A stretch of 64,000 bases of DNA from an uncultured delta proteobacterium (GTDB lineage Bacteria; Desulfobacterota; Binatia; Binatales; Binataceae). Below the pieces are notes generated by a model. That model worked only from the letters and a program-made list of their open reading frames with translations. It ran no database searches and was not told the origin of the DNA. Made by a program: the position numbers and the translations under genes. The DNA is taken from contig CAVXXK010000001.1 in the NCBI GenBank assembly GCA_963765675.1, forward strand, positions 1,152,001 to 1,216,000, given 5' to 3'. This document shows positions 9,034-18,921 of the stretch, in pieces; within the stretch, counting starts at the first letter, position 1, and every line of letters begins with the position of its first letter.

Positions 9034-12000
9034 ATGTTACAACGCAGAATTTTTCCCAACTTATTCTTGGCTGTGGCCTTGCTCGGCGGAGCAGCGGTCA
9101 TCACCGTCGCGGCTATCGGCAATAACCAGCGGCGTCAATCGCTCCAGCCTGCTATCTCTAAGTCCTACATCGAAACGCGAATCTCGAAAGCTTATGGCAG
9201 ATTGGCGCTATCCTTCGAGCCAAACGTCGGCCAGGCGGAACACGGCATAGATTACCTCTCTCGCTCAACCGGCTTCACGGTCTATGTGGCGCCGACTTCG
9301 GCGACGTTTGATTTTGCGGATGGCGACTCCGGCTCAGCAAGTGAGCGTCGCGAGCTGCGCATAAGATTCGAAGGCGCCGACGCACACGCGCTTCGAACCT
9401 TCGAACATCAACTGCCTGGTGTAGTGAATTACTATATCGGGAACGACCCGGCGAAGTGGCATTCGCAGGTCCCGACCTTCGCCAAAGTCGGTTACCGGGA
9501 CGCTTGGCCGGGAATCGACCTTGTTTATCACGGCACCAGGGGCCGGCTCGAATTCGACCTCGAGGCGTCACCAGGAGCCAATCTGTCGCGGGCGCAGTTT
9601 GGCCTAAGTGGTATCGGCCGGGTCGAGATCGATCGCAGCGGAAATGCGATCTTGCATTTCGCCACCGGCTCGCTGGTACTGCACAAGCCCGACGCGTGGC
9701 AGGATTACGGCGGTGTACGCCATCCGGTTGAAGTTTGCTACCGCTTGAAGAGTGGATCGCGTCTCGCGTTTACGATCGGCGCCTATGACCATACGCAGCC
9801 GCTGGTGATCGATCCTTCCTTCACCATGTCGACTTTCGTCGGCGGCCACGTCGCACAATCGAATGCAATTGCGGTGGACGCCAACGGATGGACCTATCTG
9901 ACTGGCTGGGCCAACGACAACTGCGCGAGCTGCACCAAAGATACAGGATTGTTCCCGACCACAGTCGGTTCCAGCCCCACGTTTACCAAAAGCAACACCG
10001 GCGACGCCTGGGTCGAGGTGCTCACACCGACCGGTACCGCGGTAGCATACGCAACGCTTATCGGCGGCAGCGAGTTCGACGAGGGTACTGCGCTCGCGCC
10101 CGACAACTCAGGTTCGGGGATCTCGCCTGGAAACGTATACGTGGTGGGCAATACTCAATCGACCGACTTTCCATTTAGCAACTCTCAGCCCGGGGTGGAA
10201 TTCGGCAAGGGCGATGCATGGATCGCCAAGTTCGGCCCGACCGGAACAAAGCAATTTGCCACGGAAATTGGTGGAAACCAGAGTGACGTCGCAAACGGAG
10301 TGGCCGTCCAGCCCGGATGCGCCAGCACCGCGTTGAGGCCCTGCACTCCGGTGATAGTGGGCGCGACCTTCTCGAACAACTTCGAGTCTTCCAAAACTGG
10401 TACTCTGCTCGGCTCCGAGGATGCATTTCTCGTATCGATCAATAGCGATGGAGGTGTGACAGCGTCGCAGGTGGACGGCGCCAGCACTCCCGCGAGCGCC
10501 GCCGCGTACGGAAACAGCGTCGCGATCGATGGCAGCGGCGCGATTTACGTAACCGGAGGCACTGACGCCGAAACTTTCCCCACCGCCAACTCGGCGGTGC
10601 CATTCGGAGGCACTGCGGACGCGTTCGTGATGAAGCTTCCGCCGCCAGCTCCCACTTTCTCCGCCCCTATCTGGTCGCGATTTCTCGGGGGCTCGGGTTT
10701 TGATGAGGGCTTGGGGATCGCACTGACGCCAGGTTGCCAGTCGAACTGTACCGTGTTCGTTGAAGGCAACACCTTCTCGCCCGACTTTCCCGATACAACC
10801 AGCGCAGTCTTCCAGGGCACGGGCGATACATTCGTTACGGAGCTCAGCGAAGATGGCGCGACGAATCTCTATTCCACCATGCTTGGCGGCCTCCCGGACA
10901 AGACCCTGGGCGCAATCAATGGCATCGCGGTCGATAGCAGTGGCGACGCCTTTGTGGTGGGGACCACCAGCGCGAGAAACCTGCCTTTGGTAGCCGGCTC
11001 CAATCAGTTCCAGGCCGCCAACGGCGTCGTGTTCGAGAGCACTAATAATTTCAGCACTTCCACCTTCGCCAACTTTCCAGCCTCTGCGGGGTCGGTGATC
11101 AAATTCCAGGGCGCTATACCTGCGGTCTATGCAGCAACCGAGCGCGGAGAGATCTTTAGCAGTAGCGACGGGAACATCATCTGGAACCAGGCGGCCGCCG
11201 CTGGTCTGCCATCGGGTCCAATCACTTCCTTTGTCGTCGACACGAACTTTTCCTCTCCGCTGATGTTGGCGGCGACAGGCAGCGGATTATACATCTCCAC
11301 CGACGGTGCAGCCGCCACCTTCTCCGCCACTGGAATCAATGATCAACTGGTCACCTGGACCGCCGACATCTCATCGAGCTCGAAACCACAACTCTCCAGC
11401 ACGACGGTACTGGCAGGCGTTGTGGGAGGAATTGAAGTGAGCACCGATGGCGGCACATCATTTGACCCGAGCTGTGAAGTCAAAGGATTCCCGACTAACA
11501 ACTCGATCATTGTCTATGACTGGGTGCTCGAGTCCTCGACTGGAGTTGCATATTTCGCGACCAACGAGGGCGTCTGGGCCTCTACGTCCGATGTGGTAGG
11601 GAACGCCTGCGGGTTCAGCGTAAGTCAGACTGGACTCTCGACGGTTGCAGCCCTGTCCATTCAAGCGGACCAGAAGAGCACGATCATTTATGCGGGTACA
11701 TTCGAGGACGGTCTCTATGTAAGCACGGATGGCGACAATTTCTCTTCTCTGAGTCTCGGTTTTCCTGCACCGACAGTTTCGGTTCTCGCCAACGCGGCAG
11801 CGAACGCGACACCGAATACAATTCTCGCGGGCGTGACCAGCCTCTCTGAGGCGAGCATCCTCATCTGTACCGACGGAGGAATCTCCTTCAGTACCGAAGC
11901 GAACGGGGTCCTGGATTCCAAAGGGGCCGTGAGCGCCATTGGCGCAGACGATGCTGCCGCCAATCTCGATGAGGACGCCTTTGTCGCAGAAATTGCCGCC

Positions 12001-13110
12001 AGCGGCGGCGCTCCGCAGGTGGTCGAGTACGTCGGTGGTGACAACTATGACACCGGATCTGGAATCGCGGTTAACGCCGCCGGAAGTCTTATCTTCGTAA
12101 CGGGTTCAACCTTCTCGGGAGACGGAACTTTTCCGATTGTGGATGCCATACAGAGTCAGTTCGGCGACTCAGACAGCGGTGGCTTCGTCAATGGGTTCGT
12201 TACTCAGATCAGCCAGCCCGCCGGACCGCCGTCAAGTGCAACGCCGACCAACACTCCGACCGCCGGTACGCCGACTGCGACTGAGACGGCGACGACAACT
12301 CCAAGTCCGAGCCCCTCACCCACGGTCAGCTCTACTTCCTCCGCGACCGCAACTTCAACCCCAACTCCGACGGCAGCCGCGTCGCCTACGCTGACTCCGA
12401 CCGCGACCGCATCCGCTACAGCGACACCAACCGCGGCGCCGACTCCGGTCAGCGCCAGATTGACGGCTTCGCCGAAATCGCTGGATTTCCCGGATGAAAT
12501 CGTTCTCGGCAGTAACGGCACACCAAGCCGAGCGATGAATGTCACTCTGCGCAATTCCCGGACGTCGAAACAGGATCAGCCGATCACCATATTGACCATG
12601 AGTGCGAGTCCTCCGTTCGCAGCCGCGCAAACGTGCGTCGGCCAAGCTATTCAGCCCGGCGCAACGTGCCAGGTCGCGGTCACCTTTACGCCCTCCAGCG
12701 CTGGAGTTGCGCCGGAGGGGTCGCTGGTAGTGACTAGCAACGCGAGCGATCCGTCAGTCTCAGTGAAACTCAAGGGCAAGGCTAAGACCGCTGGCATAAC
12801 GATCACTCCCAAATCACTAAGCTTCGGCAAGGTAGCGATCGGCGAGTCGAGCGCCGCGATGACGGTGACCCTTACCAACGAGAATCCACTTGTTATGACA
12901 CTCGCCGCACCTACTCTGACTGACCCGAGAGGTGAGTTTGCAATCGACACGACCAATTGCACCGCGACTCTCGCCGTTAACGGTGGAACGTGTTCCATCA
13001 GCGTACTATTCCATCCGACCGCGAAAGGATCGGCGAAGGGCGAACTCCATCTCAACGACGACGCGGCGGGTAGCCCACAGCAGGTGAAGCTAAGCGGGGT
13101 TGGTGGTTGA
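9034..13110 (+). CDS. Large secreted SBBP-repeat beta-propeller protein with inserted BNR-like repeats, PT/TA linker and two choice-of-anchor-D domains
   Basis: Signal/TM N-terminus; LSFEPNVGQ...PGVVNYYIGNDPAKW...LVIDP N-domain; repeats IAVDxxG..YVTGxT..DFP..DAFV; S-T-D-G-G Asp-boxes; two Ig-like tails. Confidence 0.9.
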   Translation: MLQRRIFPNLFLAVALLGGAAVITVAAIGNNQRRQSLQPAISKSYIETRISKAYGRLALSFEPNVGQAEHGIDYLSRSTGFTVYVAPTSATFDFADGDSGSASERRELRIRFEGADAHALRTFEHQLPGVVNYYIGNDPAKWHSQVPTFAKVGYRDAWPGIDLVYHGTRGRLEFDLEASPGANLSRAQFGLSGIGRVEIDRSGNAILHFATGSLVLHKPDAWQDYGGVRHPVEVCYRLKSGSRLAFTIGAYDHTQPLVIDPSFTMSTFVGGHVAQSNAIAVDANGWTYLTGWANDNCASCTKDTGLFPTTVGSSPTFTKSNTGDAWVEVLTPTGTAVAYATLIGGSEFDEGTALAPDNSGSGISPGNVYVVGNTQSTDFPFSNSQPGVEFGKGDAWIAKFGPTGTKQFATEIGGNQSDVANGVAVQPGCASTALRPCTPVIVGATFSNNFESSKTGTLLGSEDAFLVSINSDGGVTASQVDGASTPASAAAYGNSVAIDGSGAIYVTGGTDAETFPTANSAVPFGGTADAFVMKLPPPAPTFSAPIWSRFLGGSGFDEGLGIALTPGCQSNCTVFVEGNTFSPDFPDTTSAVFQGTGDTFVTELSEDGATNLYSTMLGGLPDKTLGAINGIAVDSSGDAFVVGTTSARNLPLVAGSNQFQAANGVVFESTNNFSTSTFANFPASAGSVIKFQGAIPAVYAATERGEIFSSSDGNIIWNQAAAAGLPSGPITSFVVDTNFSSPLMLAATGSGLYISTDGAAATFSATGINDQLVTWTADISSSSKPQLSSTTVLAGVVGGIEVSTDGGTSFDPSCEVKGFPTNNSIIVYDWVLESSTGVAYFATNEGVWASTSDVVGNACGFSVSQTGLSTVAALSIQADQKSTIIYAGTFEDGLYVSTDGDNFSSLSLGFPAPTVSVLANAAANATPNTILAGVTSLSEASILICTDGGISFSTEANGVLDSKGAVSAIGADDAAANLDEDAFVAEIAASGGAPQVVEYVGGDNYDTGSGIAVNAAGSLIFVTGSTFSGDGTFPIVDAIQSQFGDSDSGGFVNGFVTQISQPAGPPSSATPTNTPTAGTPTATETATTTPSPSPSPTVSSTSSATATSTPTPTAAASPTLTPTATASATATPTAAPTPVSARLTASPKSLDFPDEIVLGSNGTPSRAMNVTLRNSRTSKQDQPITILTMSASPPFAAAQTCVGQAIQPGATCQVAVTFTPSSAGVAPEGSLVVTSNASDPSVSVKLKGKAKTAGITITPKSLSFGKVAIGESSAAMTVTLTNENPLVMTLAAPTLTDPRGEFAIDTTNCTATLAVNGGTCSISVLFHPTAKGSAKGELHLNDDAAGSPQQVKLSGVGG

Positions 13111-13219
13111 GGCGATCGCGAGCCGAATTAAGCATCCGAAATTTCGCCGGCAGTATGGTGACCGACCGGTTCGATCCATATCGCCGCAGCTTACTCGGCA
13201 GCTCTCCAGGAAATCGTTG

Positions 13220-14011
13220 ATGCGCCTATCAAATCGATGGCTTTCAGTTATTGCGCCGCTGGCGCTTTTGAGCCTCGCTGCCTGCCACTCGCATAGCGCG
13301 CAGAACGGCCAGAACGCGCAGGATGCGTCAGCTCCGGCGGCGAGCGTCGACCGGGGTGCCGATCAGAAGCAGGCAGCGTCTTCGAACCCGGCACCGAAAC
13401 TGGTTCTGGTCTACCGATTCCACATCCCTTCGGACTTGTTGATGGAGAGATTCTCGACTGGCGTCAGCTCTCGCGGCCGCGATACCACCTGGGAGCGGCA
13501 AATTGCTCTAGCTAACGAGGTTCAAGATGGGGTGGCACGCGACCTGGTCGATCGTATCAGTGCTCTCGGTATCCCGGCCAAGCGTTCCAGCAGCTCGCTG
13601 AACCCGACGCCGGTTTGTCTCATCCTCCAGGGACAATTCGTCAGCCGCGATCAGCTCGATCCGAGTCACCGCAACGTCATTGGATTCGAGCCAAGCCAAT
13701 CCGTGGTTGTCGTACACGTCACGCTGTCTCAGCTGGTTGCGAACAAAAGCTCAGTGGTGATGGCGTTTACGACTCGCGCGCACAGTGCTCCGATGCCGGA
13801 TGCACTAGTGAACGTTGGGGCAGGACTCGGCGGTGCCGGGAACCACAACGGCAATTCCGCGCCTACCGCAATTGAGCACTACGGGCCTCAGGTCGAAGAT
13901 CTCGCGAGCCAGAGCGCCGGTCAAATTTCGGCCCAGCTTGCACAGTACTTCAGCCAACAAGGTTGGATCAGCCCTGCCACACTGAGGAGCCAAGCCACGT
14001 CCAATCGCTAG
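13220..14011 (+). CDS. DUF4410-like lipoprotein
   Basis: Lipobox LAAC after ATG 13220; LILQGQF...RNVIGF...YFSQQGWI pattern. Confidence 0.7.
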   Translation: MRLSNRWLSVIAPLALLSLAACHSHSAQNGQNAQDASAPAASVDRGADQKQAASSNPAPKLVLVYRFHIPSDLLMERFSTGVSSRGRDTTWERQIALANEVQDGVARDLVDRISALGIPAKRSSSSLNPTPVCLILQGQFVSRDQLDPSHRNVIGFEPSQSVVVVHVTLSQLVANKSSVVMAFTTRAHSAPMPDALVNVGAGLGGAGNHNGNSAPTAIEHYGPQVEDLASQSAGQISAQLAQYFSQQGWISPATLRSQATSNR

Positions 14012-14075
14012 CTGAATCGGCAGCAGAATTCGCCCGCACGCTCTGTATACGCGGCGTGGCGCGGATCCTAACGCA

Positions 14076-14870
14076 CTACGGTTTTGCCGGTTGGGCGGCG
14101 CTTCCTCCAATTTTTCCTCCAGCGGCCCGGGTCGATGCACGCTTGGAATTCGACTTGAAGCCCGGCGGGATTGCGAAAGTTTCGGGAGGAAGGTCCGTCA
14201 CTTCAATCTTTGAGACCTCAATCTTGCTCGTCAGCGGATGCCGTTTTGCGAGCTTTTGCTGAATCTCAACCCCCTCATTGGGAATTTTCTTTCCCTTGGG
14301 CAGGGGGCTGGCGAGCATCTCCGTAGCCGAATCAATTGCTAGCGGAATGCCTGGCGGAATAGAGATCGAAGACGGCGTCAGTCCCGCGTTCTTCAACTTT
14401 TCTGTCATGGCCGAGCGGTATTCACTGAACTCGCGGGCGCCCGGCGCGCTGCTGGAAACGCATTCGGTAGTCGTGTAACGCACATTCGGCGCTTCAATTA
14501 AACCCGCGTAATCGTCGCACGCGTAGCCTGCGATCTTGTGCGACCTCCCGGTCTTTTTAAGGTCAAACATCCCTTCGCTACGCGCGAAAATCTCGCCCAT
14601 CGGTCCGGTCGGAGGGAATGGCGCTTCCGTGTATAGCTTGTGCGCCAAATCGAGCTGATACATCTTTCCTGCATCCAAGTCGGTGATGATTGCGCCTTGG
14701 TAGAGAACAACTTTGCGCTTATGACCCTGTATCCACGTAGTCTCATTAAACGTTCGATCTTTTGCCCCGCCGCTGGTCTGCCGCTGCTCAGTGATGGTCA
14801 CTCCCGCTGAAGCGGGAATCGCCATCAGAACAAGCACGATCGCCAACGGTGCGCCGATTGTCAGTTTCAT
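14076..14870 (-). CDS. Exported DUF4412-like protein
   Basis: Signal peptide (ASA/G), KKTGRSHKIAGYACDDY, C-terminal LPPETFAIPPGFK; RBS GGAGG. Confidence 0.75.
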   Translation of the reverse strand: MKLTIGAPLAIVLVLMAIPASAGVTITEQRQTSGGAKDRTFNETTWIQGHKRKVVLYQGAIITDLDAGKMYQLDLAHKLYTEAPFPPTGPMGEIFARSEGMFDLKKTGRSHKIAGYACDDYAGLIEAPNVRYTTTECVSSSAPGAREFSEYRSAMTEKLKNAGLTPSSISIPPGIPLAIDSATEMLASPLPKGKKIPNEGVEIQQKLAKRHPLTSKIEVSKIEVTDLPPETFAIPPGFKSNSKRASTRAAGGKIGGSAAQPAKP

Positions 14871-15285
14871 GATTCAGTACCCTCCGTTTTTCTATGCGTC
14901 TTCAGAATGACCGAAAATTCGACGGAGCGGACTCCCGCGTTTGGGGTTGCGCCGGCTTTAGGCAAATGGCCGATCGTTTTGTTGCGCCGGTTAGCCAAGA
15001 AAACGCATGACTGTGTATGCGGTCGCCGTCCATCTGTCAATGTGCAGTGCGTCAATCACAGTTCCCGACCGTTCCGCGGATCGGACCAATCCGCAGCACA
15101 TTTGGCGCGCATGAAAGTAGATTATTCGACGCTCACTGGCAGCGAATTGAGTTCTTGCCGGAATAATCAATTGTCGTGATACCGCCATGAAACTACGGGC
15201 CGTCTCGACGCAAGTCCGGCGGAATTCTATCCTTGCCCCGAATGAGGTCAATTCACCATTTGCAGTCGCTCTCCGAAGAGGCCCT

Positions 15286-15807
15286 ATGTCGAAGTTGATG
15301 CTTGCTTTCGGCTCATTCGTGATCGGTGCAATCTCCACGTTCGTCGTACTTACCGGCAGTCAGGCATTGATCTGGGCGCAATCTCCTGCGGCATCATCGT
15401 CATCGTCGCCGTTAGGTTCAGCTGTACGCCCCGAGACGATTTCGGTAGACGCGCGAGTACCCAGGGTTCCAGAAATTCCGGTACGGTTCGCCAACCTGTC
15501 GTTCCCGGCTAACCAATCGGAGCAGCTTGACGGTCTGAGTTGCACGGGATGCGCCTTCAGCGATCCGTTGCTCATCTATGGAGGGGGCGAATACCAGTTG
15601 ATCAATACGACCTTCGCCAGAGGCACCCTACGGATCCAACTCGTAGGTGCGGCACAGAACACGTTCAATCTTCTCCAGCAGCTTGGACTTCTCCGTGAAC
15701 CGTCCTTCAAAGGACGGGTGCCGAAGTCCAAGGTGCCTCCCACTCAGACGGTCGAGCTCGACAAAACGATTACGATCAGCCTGAGCAGCGTTCACAGCCA
15801 GCGATAA
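15286..15807 (+). CDS. Hypothetical exported / membrane-anchored protein
   Basis: Hydrophobic N-terminus after ATG 15286 (GAGG RBS); LDGLSCTGCAF..LIYGGG core. Confidence 0.6.
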   Translation: MSKLMLAFGSFVIGAISTFVVLTGSQALIWAQSPAASSSSSPLGSAVRPETISVDARVPRVPEIPVRFANLSFPANQSEQLDGLSCTGCAFSDPLLIYGGGEYQLINTTFARGTLRIQLVGAAQNTFNLLQQLGLLREPSFKGRVPKSKVPPTQTVELDKTITISLSSVHSQR

Positions 15808-16035
15808 AATCGCAGAGCGCTTTTTGTCCGCAGAGCGCACTCCGGCGACAGCCAAAACTGTCGACCCGGGCGAGTTTTGAGCGATTGGCCGAATTTAGAC
15901 GTTGAAGTGGATAGAAATTGCCAATGCGAAGGGACCAGTCGCGGCTAGGTATGAGGGCATGATTGAGACGATTCGGCGGCTAACATTAAGTTAGCTAAAC
16001 TTGCTTTAAGCTGAAGTTCTTTGTCAATCCCGCTG

Positions 16036-16120
16036 AAAGAAAGGAGCGCCAGCCGTAACCCATCTTAGCAGGAGGAGGAACGGACTGGCGCCCCGGCCCT
16101 CGGTATTACCTCGGGACCAT
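16036..16120 (-). ncRNA. Candidate two-hairpin antisense sRNA with anti-Shine-Dalgarno loop targeting the RBS of 16763
   Basis: Minus strand: hairpin 1 GGUCCCGAGGUAAUACCGAGGGCC; hairpin 2 GGGGCGCCAG(U)CCGU / ACGGCUGGCGCUCC then UUUCUUU; loop UCCUCCUCCUGCUAAGAUGGGUU; extended -10 TG-C-TAGATT just upstream. Confidence 0.7.
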
Positions 16121-16125
16121 CAAAC

Positions 16126-16155
16126 AATCTAGCAAACGCGGTAATCTGTCAGCAA
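16126..16155 (-). promoter_or_regulatory. Putative promoter of the candidate sRNA
   Basis: Minus strand TTGCTG, 18-nt spacer ending TGC, then TAGATT (extended -10). Confidence 0.5.
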
Positions 16156-16441
16156 TCGGGCGAACCAAAGTTTAAACCCGCGCATTTCTACCGAACTCTC
16201 AACCGGCGTTGCGATCTGTTCTTAGAATTTGGTCGAGAGGTTAGGTACGTCGCCTCAAATCAAAATTGTTGGTAAATACGATCGTAACTTCGTTCAGGCA
16301 AGTTGTTTCTAGGGTATGCCTATCCAAACTGGCCACTGCTCTATAAACGGCGAGATGTATTTTAATATGCCGTCCCATCACAAAATTCATCGCAACGTCG
16401 CAAAAGTAAGATATCAGGAAAAAAACGGTTTTTTAGCTGAT

Positions 16442-16450
16442 TGTTATAAT
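16442..16450 (+). promoter_or_regulatory. Consensus extended -10 (TGTTATAAT) upstream of the Cys-rich gene trio
   Basis: Exact TGnTATAAT in an AT-rich intergenic region. Confidence 0.45.
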
Positions 16451-16762
16451 AATTGTCACTGAGTAGGTGATACCTAGATGAAACCGTATCCCCGTAGGGG
16501 CTTTCGCTCTGTTATTGGGTGTGTAAGAGGAAAACAAAGAGACAATTTTTATGACATTTCGATCACAATTTGTGCTTTGACTCATGCTTGCAACACGGCT
16601 GTACAAGTGGGATAAACCACGAGACGCAACGAAAACACGCGAAAGAAGTGCAAGAGCAAGCCTTAAGCATTCCTGAGCGCTTCGGAGGTTCGCAAGCAGA
16701 AAAGACACCGAATTAGTTTTAGCTCTAATAGTCCGTAACCCATAGCAGGAGGAGGAACGGAA

Positions 16763-17446
16763 ATGCGTAAGAGCCCAATCAACCAAACGGTCTTAGCATG
16801 GGCCGGCGTACTGGCGATAGCGCTGGGCGCCGTGATCTTGCTTGGACCAACAGCCCAGGCGGGTACGTTGCGCCGGGCTGGAACCAACCAAACCGGTTCA
16901 GGCGGTGCCGATCCTGGCACGTTCCTGACCGGTTATTTTGACACCGCACCTGGTTCCGAAGCATTTGGCGCCGGAGATAACGCTCTGCGGATCGAGAATC
17001 CGACGGCGGCCAACGGCAATCTGTGCGCGATGATCTACATCTTCGATGCGAGCGAAGAGCTCGGCGAATGTTGTGGATGTGTCCTGACTCCCAACCAACT
17101 GCTGCAGGATAGCGTTGACACTATTATCGGCAGCGCGTGGGAGATCAGCGGCGGGACCCCGGAGCAGGGCGTGATTCAGATCGTGAGTGCACTGCCCAAT
17201 GTGGGAACGACCTGCAACCCGGCGGCTGCCTACACCCCGACTGCGAACCTCAACGGCTGGGTGACCCATGCGCAGACGGTTGGCGGAATCACCGGCCTGA
17301 CTGAGGTGAGCCTGACGGATAACGGAGCAGCCGATGCGACTGAGGCGGCCTACCTCATCTCGACCTGCGGCGACATTCTGAGCAACGGCTCAGGCAAAGG
17401 TGACTGCACTTGTCCGACTCAGCCAGATGGAGTTCTCGCACCGTAG
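16763..17446 (+). CDS. Secreted 8-Cys protein of unknown function, copy A
   Basis: Very strong RBS AGGAGGAGG; Sec signal ending AQA; core NALRIENPT..NLCAMIYIFD..EELGECCGC.LTPNQL...GSGKGDCTCP. Confidence 0.9.
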   Translation: MRKSPINQTVLAWAGVLAIALGAVILLGPTAQAGTLRRAGTNQTGSGGADPGTFLTGYFDTAPGSEAFGAGDNALRIENPTAANGNLCAMIYIFDASEELGECCGCVLTPNQLLQDSVDTIIGSAWEISGGTPEQGVIQIVSALPNVGTTCNPAAAYTPTANLNGWVTHAQTVGGITGLTEVSLTDNGAADATEAAYLISTCGDILSNGSGKGDCTCPTQPDGVLAP

Positions 17447-18921
17447 CCGCGGGCAGTACACGAGGACACGGGAGGAACAAATTATGAAAAGTAAGTCTAT
17501 AAAGAGTATGGCTCTGGCATGGACGGGCGCTCTGGCCATCGCGTTTGGGGCTGCGCTCGTCCTGAGTCCGACTGCCTATGCGCAGCCGGGTACTTTCCTG
17601 ACGGGGACTTTCGATCTTACGGCCGGTTCCGAAGCATTTGGCGCAGGAGATAATGCTCTGCGGATCGAGAACCCCACCGCGGCAAATGGCGATCTGTGCG
17701 CGATGGTCTACATCTTCGATGCGAGCGAAGAGCTCGGCGAATGTTGCGGTTGTGCCCTAACCCCGAACCAGCTGCTCTCGGACAGCGTTGAGACAATCCT
17801 GAGCGACACCTGGGAGATCAACGGTGGGACACCTGCGCAGGGCGTGATCCAGATCGTGAGCGCACTGCCCAATGCGGGGGCGGACTCGTGCAACCCTGCG
17901 AAGGCGTATACCCCGACCGCGAACCTTAACGGTTGGGTAACCCATGCGCAGAGAGTCGGCAGCGTTGGCGGTCTTACCGAGGTGAGCCTGACTGACAACG
18001 GAGCGGCCGACGCGACCGAGGCATCATTCCTGATCGCGGAGTGCGGAGACATCCTGTCCAATGGCTCGGGCTTTGGGAGCTGTGCTTGCCCGACTCAGCC
18101 CGACGGGACGTATACCGAAACCGCGGTGAAGACTGCCGGAACCGCAGTGAAGACAAAGCTAAGCAAAGTCAAGGCGTCCAATAGTCATGGCGTCGGAGTG
18201 AGATGACGATCGGTGCGCTACGCGTACGCTCAAGGAGGAATCGAAATGCGTAAAAGTTCATTTAATCAAACGGTTGCAACATGGGCCGGCGTACTGGCGA
18301 TTGCACTGGGCGCCGTGATCATGCTTGGACCAACGGCCCAAGCGGGTACGTTGCGTCGGGCCGGGACCAACCAAACCGGTTCAGGCGGTGCCGATCCTGG
18401 CACGTTCCTGACCGGTTATTTTGACACCGCACCTGGTTCCGAAGCATTTGGCGCCGGAGATAACGCTCTGCGGATCGAGAATCCGACGGCGGCCAACGGC
18501 AATCTGTGCGCGATGATCTACATCTTCGATGCGAGCGAAGAGCTCGGCGAATGTTGTGGATGTGTCCTGACTCCCAACCAACTGCTGCAGGATAGCGTTG
18601 ACACTATCATCGGCAGCGCGTGGGAGATCAGCGGCGGGACCCCGGAGCAGGGCGTGATTCAGATCGTGAGTGCACTGCCCAATGTGGGAACGACCTGCAA
18701 CCCGGCGGCTGCCTACACCCCGACTGCGAACCTCAACGGCTGGGTGACCCATGCGCAGACGGTTGGCGGAATCACCGGCCTGACTGAGGTGAGCCTGACG
18801 GATAACGGAGCAGCCGATGCGACTGAGGCGGCCTACCTCATCTCGACCTGCGGCGACATTCTGAGCAACGGCTCAGGCAAAGGTGACTGCACTTGCCCGA
18901 CTCAGCCAGATGGAGTTCTCG
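16883..18921 (+). repeat. 556-bp near-identical direct repeat (16883-17438 and 18366-18921)
   Basis: Only two synonymous differences seen by eye (ATT/ATC, TGT/TGC). Confidence 0.9.
17484..18206 (+). CDS. Secreted 8-Cys protein of unknown function, divergent copy B with Lys-rich tail
   Basis: RBS GGAGG, ATG at 17484; signal ending AYA; same Cys pattern; tail TETAVKTAGTAVKTKLSKVKAS. Confidence 0.9.
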   Translation: MKSKSIKSMALAWTGALAIAFGAALVLSPTAYAQPGTFLTGTFDLTAGSEAFGAGDNALRIENPTAANGDLCAMVYIFDASEELGECCGCALTPNQLLSDSVETILSDTWEINGGTPAQGVIQIVSALPNAGADSCNPAKAYTPTANLNGWVTHAQRVGSVGGLTEVSLTDNGAADATEASFLIAECGDILSNGSGFGSCACPTQPDGTYTETAVKTAGTAVKTKLSKVKASNSHGVGVR

